Shown piece by piece: positions 47,643 to 57,423 of a DNA stretch of 62,726 nt. Position 1 is the stretch's first letter, and every line of letters starts with the position of its first letter. The stretch covers positions 1-62,726 of the forward strand of contig JAOZFG010000034.1 of the NCBI GenBank assembly GCA_027491435.1, written 5' to 3'. This DNA is from Thermoproteota archaeon. Lineage in GTDB: Archaea > Korarchaeota > Korarchaeia > Korarchaeales > Korarchaeaceae. The notes below the pieces were generated by a model. It did no database searches. It saw only the letters and a list, made by a program, of their open reading frames with translations, and was not told the origin of the DNA. The position numbers and the translations under genes are program-made.

Positions 47643-48505
47643 TGTTCCAGAGGCCTGAGCTATTGATCCTCTTAGCCTTGATGGTGCCCCTCCTGTTACT
47701 TCACAGGAGAGCGGCCCTCAGGTTCAAGTTCGCATTGAAATACTTCGACTATTCCGGGGACCATCGACTCCGACTGACCGTTAGTTCAGCTAGGCTACTG
47801 GCCCTCCTCCTCATCGTGATCTCAGCAGCTACGCCAGCGTTTAAACAAACTGTTAAGGAGGAAGTCCCTCTGGAGATGGCAGAACTCCTCTCCGGGAGGC
47901 AAGTCCTCCTGGTCATAATGGTAGACGTCTCCAAGAGCATGATTGGAAGGTTGGATAGGGTGAAAGCCGTTCTGAGCGAGATGAACTACCCCAACACCAC
48001 AGTTCACCTGGCCACCTTCTCAGGTAAGGTCAGGCCAGTGTACAGTGGGACGGCGGAAGGGCTAGCGTCTGTACTCCCAAGCCTGAAAGCTGGGGAGAGG
48101 TACACGGCCATAGGGGACGCCCTGGTTTACGCCAGGTCCTATGCCCTTGGCTACCCGCTGCCCTCGGCGGTGATCCTGTTCTCAGACGGCAGGCAGAACT
48201 ACGGGAGCGATCCCCTCAAGGTGGCCAGGGGTTACGGAGTGCCTTTAATAGTGGTGGCCGTTGACGAGGTCAACGTGTTAGGCCAAGTAGCGGCACTGGC
48301 CGAGGGTAAGATTTACAGCTTAGAGGACTTCCCAGCGGATTACAAGCAGTTCGCCAAGGAGCTCATGTTGAGGTCTAGGTACTTAGCGTTGAAGGCTAAG
48401 GGAGAGGCATACGTGGAGAGGGAGGTTCTGGACTACTTCCCCACCCTCCTGGCGCTAGCCCTCTCCCTGGTGACCTTCATAATATCCCAGGGTGACGGGC
48501 TTTGA
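47639..48505 (+). CDS. vWA-domain membrane protein (BatA/B-like)
   Basis: 'FQRPELLILL' BatA-like N-terminus; MIDAS 'DVSKSM', 'TAIGDAL', 'FSDG'. Confidence 0.82.
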   Translation: MMFQRPELLILLALMVPLLLLHRRAALRFKFALKYFDYSGDHRLRLTVSSARLLALLLIVISAATPAFKQTVKEEVPLEMAELLSGRQVLLVIMVDVSKSMIGRLDRVKAVLSEMNYPNTTVHLATFSGKVRPVYSGTAEGLASVLPSLKAGERYTAIGDALVYARSYALGYPLPSAVILFSDGRQNYGSDPLKVARGYGVPLIVVAVDEVNVLGQVAALAEGKIYSLEDFPADYKQFAKELMLRSRYLALKAKGEAYVEREVLDYFPTLLALALSLVTFIISQGDGL

Positions 48506-49467
48506 TCGAGTTCGAGAACCCCTACGTGCTCTTGCTCATCATCCCAGCTTGGGCCCTACTTCTCTGGGGGCACAAGAGTTTTCTATACTCGAAGATTTAC
48601 TCCTTAAGGAACCCCATGGCTAGAGTGGTCAGGCCTAGAAAGCTGAAGAGGCGAAGGCTTGGGACCCTGGCCCTAAAGCTGGCCGTGTCCGCCCTACTAG
48701 TGATCAGCCTCTCCGGACCTTATTTAATCAGGACTAAGGTTGTGGAGAAGGAGCTTACCAGCGAGCTAGAACAGGTGTTGAAGGCTGGAAGGCCTGCTGT
48801 CGTAATCTGCCTTGACGTCTCGGGGAGCATGGCCGACCCCTTCCCCGGAGGTGTAAAAATACAGGTGGCTAAAGAGGTGATTAACAGGTTTCTGGACCTA
48901 ATACCTGAGGGGGTGGACGTGGGGCTAATAGCCTTCTCCCATTCGGTGGTGGAAGAGGTGGCCCCTACTGAAGATAGGTCCCTGGTCAGGGAGGCGTTGG
49001 CAAAGCTCAAGGCTGAAGGAGGGACCATGTACACCTACCCGCTCACCTCAGCTCTTAACTACCTAATGGCCTACAGGGTGTTGAACCTCTCCACGATGGT
49101 GATCTTCGTGACCGATGGAATGCCAGGGGATCAGTACAGGCCACTCCTCCAGAAGTTCGTTAAGTGGGGAGTTCCCATATACACGGTCTACATAGGCTCC
49201 GGTCAGGGCGCCTCGGAAACCGAGTTCATGGCCTCTAAAACTGGAGGGAGGATGTTCACAGCTGAAAGCGCTGATGAGCTCAGGGCCATCTTTCAAGATC
49301 TGGTCAAGGAGGCTAAGAAGCTTAAGGTTAAGTCTCAGGTCAGGCTTAAGTTCCGAAAAGAGGTTAAGGTGAGGGAACCCCTATCCTGGATGTTCTCCTC
49401 CCTAGCGGCCCTTCTCTTCCTTGCCCTTTCGTTTAAGAGGTACCAGATTTCTAAGCTTACTCCTTAG
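48502..49467 (+). CDS. vWA-domain membrane protein (BatA/B-like)
   Basis: 'FENPYVLLL'; MIDAS 'DVSGSM', 'GGT', 'VTDG'. Confidence 0.85.
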   Translation: MIEFENPYVLLLIIPAWALLLWGHKSFLYSKIYSLRNPMARVVRPRKLKRRRLGTLALKLAVSALLVISLSGPYLIRTKVVEKELTSELEQVLKAGRPAVVICLDVSGSMADPFPGGVKIQVAKEVINRFLDLIPEGVDVGLIAFSHSVVEEVAPTEDRSLVREALAKLKAEGGTMYTYPLTSALNYLMAYRVLNLSTMVIFVTDGMPGDQYRPLLQKFVKWGVPIYTVYIGSGQGASETEFMASKTGGRMFTAESADELRAIFQDLVKEAKKLKVKSQVRLKFRKEVKVREPLSWMFSSLAALLFLALSFKRYQISKLTP

Positions 49468-50088
49468 GCCAGAATACTCGTCCTTGTTGTAGTAGTAGTG
49501 GACTACGACCGTTACAGCCCCTATGGCCGCCGCGTCGAGGGCCCTTATCAACTGGTTCCTGGAGGGCCTTATGTAGGCTTCCAGAGAGGCGACAACGTCT
49601 GGAATGATGTAGGGTTGATTCCCCCTCTTGGACCTGACCACTGTGATCAGGGTCACTTCCTTACCGGTGGGTATGGGAAGGGCGCACTCCCCCTGTAATA
49701 GGTCGCAGGACGCCACCTCATTAGCTTCAAGCGTCTTTATCAGCCTCATGAACCCTCCCTCATCCCTGAGCTCATTGCGCACAACCTTATCTACCTTAGA
49801 GTTCGGGCTCAGGATCAGGTAAGCTCTTGCGAAACTGGGCTTAATCGGTTGAGGCCTCATCGCCGGAATTTGTACCCTAACCCTGTAGCTGTACCCTTCC
49901 ACCTTCTTGACCTCTATTGGCCCGTTTATCATGACGTCTATTTGGTCCCCTCTCAGGGTTGAAGTTATCACCGGCGTTCCCCCGTAGAAGCCCCAGTAAG
50001 AGGTGACGGTCTGACCGCTCATAACCAGTAAGACTGCTAGAGTGGCCAGGCCAGATATTAGGATGGCCAACCCAACTTCCCTAAGCAT
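49402..50088 (-). CDS. Hypothetical membrane protein
   Basis: N- and C-terminal TM segments; start overlaps the permease stop (TAATG). Confidence 0.6.
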   Translation of the reverse strand: MLREVGLAILISGLATLAVLLVMSGQTVTSYWGFYGGTPVITSTLRGDQIDVMINGPIEVKKVEGYSYRVRVQIPAMRPQPIKPSFARAYLILSPNSKVDKVVRNELRDEGGFMRLIKTLEANEVASCDLLQGECALPIPTGKEVTLITVVRSKRGNQPYIIPDVVASLEAYIRPSRNQLIRALDAAAIGAVTVVVHYYYNKDEYSGLRSKLRNLVPLKRKGKEEKGR

Positions 50089-50855
50089 TAGCTCCTCACC
50101 TCCATCCTGTACTTGGCGTAAAGGAGGGTAAGGCCCCAGGACGCTAGGGCTATCAGGACGGTCGCAGGCCAAGGGGAGCTATTAATCGGGAGCATAGTGC
50201 GATAGGAAGGGTAAAAGGCCAGCATGACCCGGAGCAGAGGCGTGGCTCGCTGATGGGGGGGCACCAAAGTTATGGATATAGCGAACAGGGAGATCATCGG
50301 CAGGAAGTAGTACAGGATCAGGCCTACTATTATCGCCTTACCTCTGCCCCTAAAAATGGAAGAAATCAAGAAGAGCAGAGAGCCCAGCTCAAATATCTCC
50401 AGGATCTTCAAGAATATCTCCCTGAACTTCAGGGCCTCCACCAGGCTTGGGTTTATTATCAGCAAGGGGATCAGTATGCTGAGGAAGTATATCAGGGTGG
50501 TGGTGACCAGAGATGCAAGCATCCAGGAGAGGACGTAAGAAGTCCTGGAGATGGGATGAGAAAGGGCTAGGGTGACCCCCCCGCTCAGAAGCTCCTCTGA
50601 GTACGTGGCGACGGCAAATATAAGAGTTAAGGAGAGAAAGAATGATGTGAAGTTTAGGAAGAACATGTCCAGCCCGCCCATCGCAGTGGGCCTCACCCTT
50701 ATGGATGCGGAGGCGTTCAGCAGGATGAAGGAGTGTATGGGCACTATTATCAGGACGGTAATGACCAGGGACAACACCACGATTCCGTGGACGTAACCCT
50801 GGTAGATGCTTATCTCCCTAAACTTTCGCCTTAAGGACCCTCTCATACATGTCAC
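50088..50855 (-). CDS. ABC-2-type transporter permease
   Basis: Six TM; 'EELLSGGVTLALSHPISR' motif. Confidence 0.78.
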   Translation of the reverse strand: MTCMRGSLRRKFREISIYQGYVHGIVVLSLVITVLIIVPIHSFILLNASASIRVRPTAMGGLDMFFLNFTSFFLSLTLIFAVATYSEELLSGGVTLALSHPISRTSYVLSWMLASLVTTTLIYFLSILIPLLIINPSLVEALKFREIFLKILEIFELGSLLFLISSIFRGRGKAIIVGLILYYFLPMISLFAISITLVPPHQRATPLLRVMLAFYPSYRTMLPINSSPWPATVLIALASWGLTLLYAKYRMEVRS

Positions 50856-51732
50856 CCAGCTCCGACCCGTGATGGTTTAGCCCTGTTATCCCGTAGGCCT
50901 GCCTAAGCTTCTCAAGCTCATTTATCAGCTCCTCCCTCATCCTCCCATCCACCTTCACAATTACCCCTTCCCGAGCGAGCTCCACGCCCCTAACGTAATC
51001 TAGGGAGATCAGGTGTCTAGCAAGCTCTCTGCTCCTCCTAGCCCTAACCTCGTAGCTGCTGATGACTCCGTACCTCTTGGCAAGCTCGTCCAGTGGGCCC
51101 CAATCCAGGGTAACGCCCCCTCCTATGAATATGGCGTAGTCACACACTTCCTTGAGCTCTGGAAGTATGTGGCTAGATATCAAGATGGTAACGCCCAGCT
51201 CCCTCTTTAAGAGCTTAATCAGCTTGAGGATCTCCAACCTAGCTAGAGGATCGAGGTTTGCAGTTGGTTCGTCAAGCAGAAGCACTTCAGGATCTCCTAG
51301 AAGGGCTTGGGCCAGGCCAAGCCTCTGAAGGTAGCCCCTAGATAGGGCCTCAACCCTCTTATCTAGGTATCCAGTGATGCCCGTCAGCTTAGCTACCCTC
51401 TCAACTTCCTCCATCCCGTAGCCTCTAAGCTTGGCCAGGTACTTAAGAAGGGTCTTCACAGTCACCTTAATGGGATATATGGGAACCTCGTGAAGCACTC
51501 CCAGGGAGCTTCTCACCTCCACCTCCTGCTCCCACGGGTCCATTCCCAGGACCCTGACTTCTCCCGCGTCCCTCCTAAGGAGCCCCACCAGGACCTTTAT
51601 GGTTGTGGTCTTCCCGCTCCCGTTGGGCCCCAAGAAGCCAGCGGTGCTTCCCCTGGGTAAAGAGAAGGTCACGTCCTTAAGGGCCTCAAACTTGCCGAAC
51701 CTTTTCCTTAACCCCTTAACCTCTATTATCAT
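50818..51732 (-). CDS. ABC transporter ATP-binding protein
   Basis: 'GPNGSGKTT', 'LSRGYLQR', 'LLLDEPT', 'SSH'. Confidence 0.93.
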   Translation of the reverse strand: MIIEVKGLRKRFGKFEALKDVTFSLPRGSTAGFLGPNGSGKTTTIKVLVGLLRRDAGEVRVLGMDPWEQEVEVRSSLGVLHEVPIYPIKVTVKTLLKYLAKLRGYGMEEVERVAKLTGITGYLDKRVEALSRGYLQRLGLAQALLGDPEVLLLDEPTANLDPLARLEILKLIKLLKRELGVTILISSHILPELKEVCDYAIFIGGGVTLDWGPLDELAKRYGVISSYEVRARRSRELARHLISLDYVRGVELAREGVIVKVDGRMREELINELEKLRQAYGITGLNHHGSELGDMYERVLKAKV

Positions 51733-51773
51733 CGGCCTTTTACATCGGGAAGAAATTTAAACATTTTCATAGG

Positions 51774-52475
51774 TTATTGGAGGTCTGCCAGGTAGAATTC
51801 AGTCATGTTCCCCTTCCTCCTCTCCCAGACCAGGCCCACCCTCTCTAGGACGCTTAAGTGCCACCTAAGCGTGCCCAAGCTGAGGCCCAGGTCCCTTGAC
51901 ATCTGCCTCAGGTGGGCCCCGGGGTTAACCCTCAGGTACTCTATTATGGCCTGCCTGGTTGAGTTAGTCTCGGGGATCTCAAGGGGCTTAACCACCAGGT
52001 AACAGTCAAAGTTAGAGCAGCAGCTAACCTGCTCAACGTAGACGGGCCTCCCCAGGTGATTTGACAGGAAGCCAGCCAAAAAGCCCCTCATGAAGTTACA
52101 GCCCCTGGTCTTCTTGACCTCCTCGCTGGACTCAACCCTCACCATTATCTCTTCGCCCATCCCTTCGAACTTAACGTCCTTAGCCACTCCTAAAGATTCT
52201 ATAACCGCCTTCAAGCCAGATAGGGGATCCGAGAGCTTCGTCAACTTCTTTGCAATCCTCTCCCCTAACCTGAGGCCGAACATGTATATAAGGAGGCCGC
52301 CCTCAGGGCTTGAGCTTTCCACCAGGGTTATTAAGGTGTAGCAAGCGCTCTTCAGCACACTAGAGGGCTGTTCCCCTAGCACGTCCTTGAGGACGGCCTT
52401 TACCTCCTCAGCCAATCCGGTCCCCTCTTCCCCAGCAGCAGGAGCTTTTAGACTTTCTAGACGTTTGTGCCACAT
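51774..52475 (-). CDS. V4R-domain + C-terminal wHTH regulator
   Basis: 'CNFMRGFLAGF...EQVSCCSNFDCY' V4R; 'TRQAIIEYLRVNPGAHLRQMSRDLGLSLGTLRWHL' HTH. Confidence 0.75.
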   Translation of the reverse strand: MWHKRLESLKAPAAGEEGTGLAEEVKAVLKDVLGEQPSSVLKSACYTLITLVESSSPEGGLLIYMFGLRLGERIAKKLTKLSDPLSGLKAVIESLGVAKDVKFEGMGEEIMVRVESSEEVKKTRGCNFMRGFLAGFLSNHLGRPVYVEQVSCCSNFDCYLVVKPLEIPETNSTRQAIIEYLRVNPGAHLRQMSRDLGLSLGTLRWHLSVLERVGLVWERRKGNMTEFYLADLQ

Positions 52476-52513
52476 CAGTTATTAAATACTTTTTCATATT
52501 ATACAGGGTCAAT

Positions 52514-52975
52514 ATGACTAACAAGCTCATGATAGTGGTCAGCAAGGGAACCCTGGACATGGCCTACCCTCCCCTGATCTTGGGGCAGATAGCCGCAAGC
52601 CTTGGGATGGAAGTGGGCTTATTCTTCACGTTCTGGGGGCTAGACGTCATAAGGAAGGATAAGGTGGACAAGCTCAAAGTATCGCCGGTGGGCAACCCTT
52701 CCATGGGAATGCCCAACATCCTGGGGATAATACCTGGCATGACCGACCTGGCGACGTGGATGATGAAGAAGAAGGCAGCTCAGATAGGCATGAAGCCCAT
52801 CAGGGAGATGATAAAGGAGTGCAAAGAGTTAGGAGTTAAGTTCTACGCCTGCTCTAACACCATGGAGATGATGGGCCTGAAGAGGGAGGACCTATTGGAT
52901 GAAGTTGACGACGTGGTAGGGGCCACAGCCTTCCTTAACATGGCCTCTGAGGACTCCATAGTCATGTTCATATAA
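52514..52975 (+). CDS. DsrE2/DrsH-like sulfur-relay family protein
   Basis: 'SKGTLDMAYPPLIL', 'FFTFWGL', 'YACSNTMEMMG', 'VGATAFL'. Confidence 0.85.
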   Translation: MTNKLMIVVSKGTLDMAYPPLILGQIAASLGMEVGLFFTFWGLDVIRKDKVDKLKVSPVGNPSMGMPNILGIIPGMTDLATWMMKKKAAQIGMKPIREMIKECKELGVKFYACSNTMEMMGLKREDLLDEVDDVVGATAFLNMASEDSIVMFI

Positions 52976-53017
52976 CCTAACAATTTTTTATTGAAACTGT
53001 CCAGTTCCCGGATGGCC

Positions 53018-53947
53018 ATGAGGTTCGCGGTCACCGGTGGGGCCGGGTTCATCGGGAGCAACTTGACAGCCAAACTGCTGTGCGAGGGCCACAAGGTATA
53101 CGTGGTGGACAACCTAACGACCGGATCTCCGGAGGTGGTCAAGCTCCTCAAAAGGGGAGGGGCTGAGTTCATACAGGGCAACGCTTCCAAGGCCGCCGAG
53201 CTACAGGTAGACGGGATATTTCACCTGGGAATGCCTTCAAGCTCTCCCATGTACAAGGAGAACCCGGAGCTAGTGGTTGAGGTGATGCAGGACTTCGTCA
53301 GGATAATGGAGAGGGCTAAGGAAGGTGTTAAGGTGGTGATGGCCTCAACCTCATCCCTCTACAACGGGCACGAGCCCCCCCATCACGAGGACCTGCCCGT
53401 CCTAGTTACCGATTACTACACCGAAGCCAGGTATTGGGCCGAGAGGTTGGCCCAGGTTTACAGGCTATTGCACGAAGTTGAGTACGTTGCGTTAAGGTTG
53501 TTCAGCGTTTACGGGCCCAATGAAAGGCCTAAGGGGAGGTTTGCCAACGTCCTCTCCCAGATGATATGGGCTGGCCTGGAGGGAAGGCCCTTCGTAATAT
53601 ACGGGGACGGGAGCCAGACCAGAGACTTCGTTTACGTGGAGGACGTGGTCGATGCCTTCATCAAGTCCATGGAGAAGGACGTCAGTGGCGTCTTTAACGT
53701 GGGGACAGGAAAGGAGACCAGCTTTAACGAGCTCGCGGCCAAGATAAGGGAAGTCACGGGTCTAAATCTGAAGCTGGAGTACAGGGAGAACCCCATAAAG
53801 AATTACGTGTACAGGACTGGGGCCTCCACCGTTAGGGCTGAAAAGGAGCTTGGGTTTAAGGCCAAGGTCACCCTGGAGGAGGGGATAAGCAAGGTTTACC
53901 CAGTGTACAAGGAGGGAAAGCTGGAGTTCATTTGTAAGGTGGTTTAA
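53018..53947 (+). CDS. NAD-dependent epimerase/dehydratase
   Basis: 'VTGGAGFIGS', 'ASTSSLY', 'SVYGP', 'GDGSQTRDFVYV'; the YxxxK motif appears as YTEAR. Confidence 0.88.
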   Translation: MRFAVTGGAGFIGSNLTAKLLCEGHKVYVVDNLTTGSPEVVKLLKRGGAEFIQGNASKAAELQVDGIFHLGMPSSSPMYKENPELVVEVMQDFVRIMERAKEGVKVVMASTSSLYNGHEPPHHEDLPVLVTDYYTEARYWAERLAQVYRLLHEVEYVALRLFSVYGPNERPKGRFANVLSQMIWAGLEGRPFVIYGDGSQTRDFVYVEDVVDAFIKSMEKDVSGVFNVGTGKETSFNELAAKIREVTGLNLKLEYRENPIKNYVYRTGASTVRAEKELGFKAKVTLEEGISKVYPVYKEGKLEFICKVV

Positions 53948-53968
53948 ACGGAAGAGGCTAAGGAGGTA

Positions 53969-55402
53969 GTGCGGGGAGGGCTCTGGCTCTCCCTGAGAAC
54001 AGCCGTGAACACGGTGGTGGGGCTTCTCTACTGGCTCTTAATGTCGCTCGTCATAAGCCCAGAGCAAGTGGGCATGGCCAGCGCCGTCGTGACCATGTAC
54101 ACCGTGGTGACCGGCATCTCCTTCTTGGGGATGCCCTCCGCCCTGCAGAAGTTCATAGGCTCATCTTTGGGAAGGGGCGATAAGGAGCACGCCGATAGGC
54201 TATTCTGGAGCGCCTTGACCTTCCTAACGCTTATAGACTTGCTAGCTGGTTTAGCGTTCATGGTCTTAGGGACCTACGGAATTTCGATCATCTCCTTTAG
54301 CCCAGACATGATGGTTTACACGGGCCTGCTCACCTGTTTAGGCTGGTCAGCTATCCTGGACTCGTTGCTCATTGCCCACCAGAGGGTCAAGGCTAACTCC
54401 CTCTTCAGGATTGCAGGCAACGTGGTCAGGCTCATCTCGGGACTAGCCCTAGTGTTTATGGGAATGGGGTGGTTGGGCGCTGTTTTAGGCTACCTCTTGG
54501 GATTTTTGACCGCCGCCCTAGGGATTAGCCTCTACTCCATTAGGATCATCTCCCTCAGGTCGCCATCAGCCAGGTGCGTCTTTAAGCTCTTGAAAGCCGG
54601 TGTCTCAATATACTTACCCAACGCCATAAGGTTGGTTGGACAGCACGCCAGTGTCTTAGCCGTCTACGGGGTGGGAGGGGGATTTGAGACGGGCCCCTAC
54701 TACATGGCTTACATGGGGGCTACGATAGCTATCATGTTCAGCAACATGCTCTTCTCCTACCTAATCCCGGTATTGAGTAGGATGGAGGTAAGCAGGAGGG
54801 AGGAACTGGCGTACAGGGTGACCAAGCTCGGGATGCTCCTCACCTCCCTAATAGCCGCTGAGCTCTTCTCCTTTCCTGAGTTCTTCCTGGGCTTCCTGGG
54901 AAAGGGATACCTGGTAGCTTCCACCCCCTTGAGGATACTGTCCCTAGCAGCTACCCTCTCCTCCCTCATCTTCGTCTCTAGCGTGGTGACCTTCGTTAAC
55001 GACAAGTACCTGTACACCCTAAGCATAGGGCTAGCCTCCAGCGTCCCCAGGCTAATCCTCTACTTCTACTTGGCCCCTGCCATGGGGAGCGTTGGTGCCT
55101 CCCTGGCCTTTCTAATAGGGGCCGTTATAGGGATTGCGTTCTCGATGTACACCCTTCACAGGATAGGCTTCCGCCTGATTAGGAAGGACGTTCTCATCAT
55201 TTCCTTCTCTCCATTTGTAGTGGGCGCCCTGCTTTCCCTCACCTGGCCGCCTTTAGGCGTCCTGTTAATCCCGATCGTGACCTTGTTCGCCTTCATGAGG
55301 GCTAAACTGTTGAAAAAAGGGGAAATTAAGTTGGTGGTGGAGACCCTCGCCCCAGGCCTGAAGGTTCCGAGCTGGCTTGTCCAATTCGTTTTCGGCTCAT
55401 AA
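53969..55402 (+). CDS. Oligosaccharide flippase (Wzx/MOP family)
   Basis: 12-14 TM; 'LISGLALVFMGMGWLGAVLG'; follows a sugar epimerase. Confidence 0.78.
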   Translation: MRGGLWLSLRTAVNTVVGLLYWLLMSLVISPEQVGMASAVVTMYTVVTGISFLGMPSALQKFIGSSLGRGDKEHADRLFWSALTFLTLIDLLAGLAFMVLGTYGISIISFSPDMMVYTGLLTCLGWSAILDSLLIAHQRVKANSLFRIAGNVVRLISGLALVFMGMGWLGAVLGYLLGFLTAALGISLYSIRIISLRSPSARCVFKLLKAGVSIYLPNAIRLVGQHASVLAVYGVGGGFETGPYYMAYMGATIAIMFSNMLFSYLIPVLSRMEVSRREELAYRVTKLGMLLTSLIAAELFSFPEFFLGFLGKGYLVASTPLRILSLAATLSSLIFVSSVVTFVNDKYLYTLSIGLASSVPRLILYFYLAPAMGSVGASLAFLIGAVIGIAFSMYTLHRIGFRLIRKDVLIISFSPFVVGALLSLTWPPLGVLLIPIVTLFAFMRAKLLKKGEIKLVVETLAPGLKVPSWLVQFVFGS

Positions 55403-55759
55403 CATCCTCGCTATTCCCAGCACTATCAGCACAATTATGTTAAGAATCCAGGCAACTACTGAGATGAGGATTGCATGCCCCCAGCCCACGTTAAACCAAG
55501 ACTTGAGCAGGAGCAGCCAGAGTATCAAGACAACTATTCCCAATATCAGGCGGCTTAACGGAAATCTGAAGAGGGCTAGCAACACTTTGTTGAATATGAA
55601 GTCCACTATGGCCCAAACTATAGCTAAGCCTAGCACTGAGATGAACGGCTTCTCCTTCTCCTTAGGGAGCACAAATATCTGGGCCGCCCATATAACGACT
55701 GCCGAAACGATCAAACTTATGATGGCCCTGAAGAGGGCAGCAATAGTCAACGCTACCAT
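55397..55759 (-). CDS. Small 4-TM hypothetical membrane protein
   Basis: Hydrophobic ORF; 'WFNVGWGHAILI'. Confidence 0.65.
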   Translation of the reverse strand: MVALTIAALFRAIISLIVSAVVIWAAQIFVLPKEKEKPFISVLGLAIVWAIVDFIFNKVLLALFRFPLSRLILGIVVLILWLLLLKSWFNVGWGHAILISVVAWILNIIVLIVLGIARML

Positions 55760-55972
55760 ATGTCATTGGGAAGCCCTTTCATTTAACCCTTTGCTGACCC
55801 TCCAGTACTAGTTCAGGGACGGGCCGCAATAAAGTTGCTGTGTGATTATAAGCGCTTTGAGAGGGGCCTCCAGGCCCTCCACTAACAACCTTATCCAAGA
55901 GGGTCAAGATCTGCAAACGTGACAGCGCCGGGAAATTAATTAGTTTTCAGTGTCTTACGGCTGGGTGATAGC

Positions 55973-57163
55973 AGGGCCAAGCTTCTGGAGTATCAGTCCA
56001 AGGAGATCCTCCGTGATTATGGGATTCGAGTTCCTAGGGGCGTAGTCTTGGATTCCCCTAGGGAGGTGGATATGGGGCCTGTTTACATTAAGGCACAGCT
56101 TCCATTCACGGGCAGGAAGTCCGTGGGAGCTGTAATTAGGGCGGAGCCCCACCAGGTTAAGGAAGTGGTGGAAAGGCTCCTCTCCTCAGAGTTTAGGGGC
56201 TTCAGGCCTAAGAAAGTGTTGGTGGAGGAGGCCGTCCCAGTAATAGCTGAACTGATGGTTGGTGTGACCGTAAACTACTCCAGGAAGGTGAAAGGGCCCG
56301 TAGTAGTTGCCTCGCCATCAGGTGGAACTGGTGTAGAGGAGAGGGAAGCTTTAAGTGTGCCTGTAAACTACTTGGAGGGCCCACCCGACCTCACCGATAA
56401 GCTCAGGGAGATGGGCTTTCCCAGGGCCGAGGAAGTGAACAGGATAATAGAGAAGGTTTACCAGATTTTCGTGGACTACGACGCTAGAAGCGTTGAAATC
56501 AACCCTTTAGCCTTAACTCCGGACGGGTTCGTGGCCCTAGACGCCAGAATAGACCTGGACGATCACGCCCTCTTCAGGCATCAGGTTAGGGTAGAGGTGC
56601 CCAAGGACTTAAACAGAGATCCCACAGAGCTTGAGCTAGCCATGTGGTACTGGGACGAGGTGGATCCAAGGGGAACGGGCTACTTCATACTCCTACCCGT
56701 GGAAGGCGAGCCCTACGTTGGGTTTCATGGGATAGGTGGAGGAGGGGCCATGCTGGCCGCGGACGCTTTGATTAGGAAGGGGGTAAGGATAGCGAACTAC
56801 GCAGACACTAGTGGGGACCCACCAGCGTCCAAGGTTTACAGGGTGATAAGGACCATCCTCAGCATCCCGGGGATCAGCGGCTACATAATGATGGGCAGCG
56901 TAATGGCTAGCCAGGAGCAGTGGCACCACGCCCACGCCCTGGTCAAGGCCTTCAGGGAGATGCTCTCAGACAGGAAGGGCTTTCCTGCCCTGATCCTGCT
57001 GGCAGGTAACAAGGAGAGGGAGAGCCACGAAATAATAAGGAGGGGGCTTAGGGGCCTTCCAATAAGGTACGAGCTTTACGGCAGGGACTACATCTACGAG
57101 ACCGATTACATAGCTGAGAGGATGAAAGTCATGGTGGAGGAGTATAGGGAGGGGATGTCATGA
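55973..57163 (+). CDS. ADP-forming acyl-CoA synthetase beta subunit (SucC/citryl-CoA synthetase/MtkA-like); canonical start codon missing
   Basis: In-frame 'KLLEYQSKEIL..YGI.VP.G' begins at 55979, upstream of the listed ORF; 'IKAQ', 'EINPL', 'GGGGAM', 'ANYADTSGDP'. Confidence 0.8.
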   Translation, partial: RAKLLEYQSKEILRDYGIRVPRGVVLDSPREVDMGPVYIKAQLPFTGRKSVGAVIRAEPHQVKEVVERLLSSEFRGFRPKKVLVEEAVPVIAELMVGVTVNYSRKVKGPVVVASPSGGTGVEEREALSVPVNYLEGPPDLTDKLREMGFPRAEEVNRIIEKVYQIFVDYDARSVEINPLALTPDGFVALDARIDLDDHALFRHQVRVEVPKDLNRDPTELELAMWYWDEVDPRGTGYFILLPVEGEPYVGFHGIGGGGAMLAADALIRKGVRIANYADTSGDPPASKVYRVIRTILSIPGISGYIMMGSVMASQEQWHHAHALVKAFREMLSDRKGFPALILLAGNKERESHEIIRRGLRGLPIRYELYGRDYIYETDYIAERMKVMVEEYREGMS

Positions 57164-57423
57164 TCTCATTTAGGACCAGGACCGCCACCGTTAGGATAAA
57201 CTTGGACGAGTGTGTCGCTCCCGATTGCGGCTTCGCCTGCGTAAAGGCGTGCAGGCTGTACGGTAGAGGAGTTCTAAAGATAGAGAAAGGAAAGCCGGCG
57301 ATGGCCGTTACAGAGGAAGAAGCCGAGAGGATAGATAACGAGTGCCTAGCCTGTGAGATCCACTGCTACTGGTATGGAAGCGGGGCAGTTTCAGTCATAG
57401 TACCTATGGAGGTGCCCCCATGA
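57160..57423 (+). CDS. Atypical ferredoxin-like Fe-S protein
   Basis: C-x4-C-x3-C-x3-C and C-x2-C-x3-C; overlaps both neighbours. Confidence 0.7.
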   Translation: MISFRTRTATVRINLDECVAPDCGFACVKACRLYGRGVLKIEKGKPAMAVTEEEAERIDNECLACEIHCYWYGSGAVSVIVPMEVPP

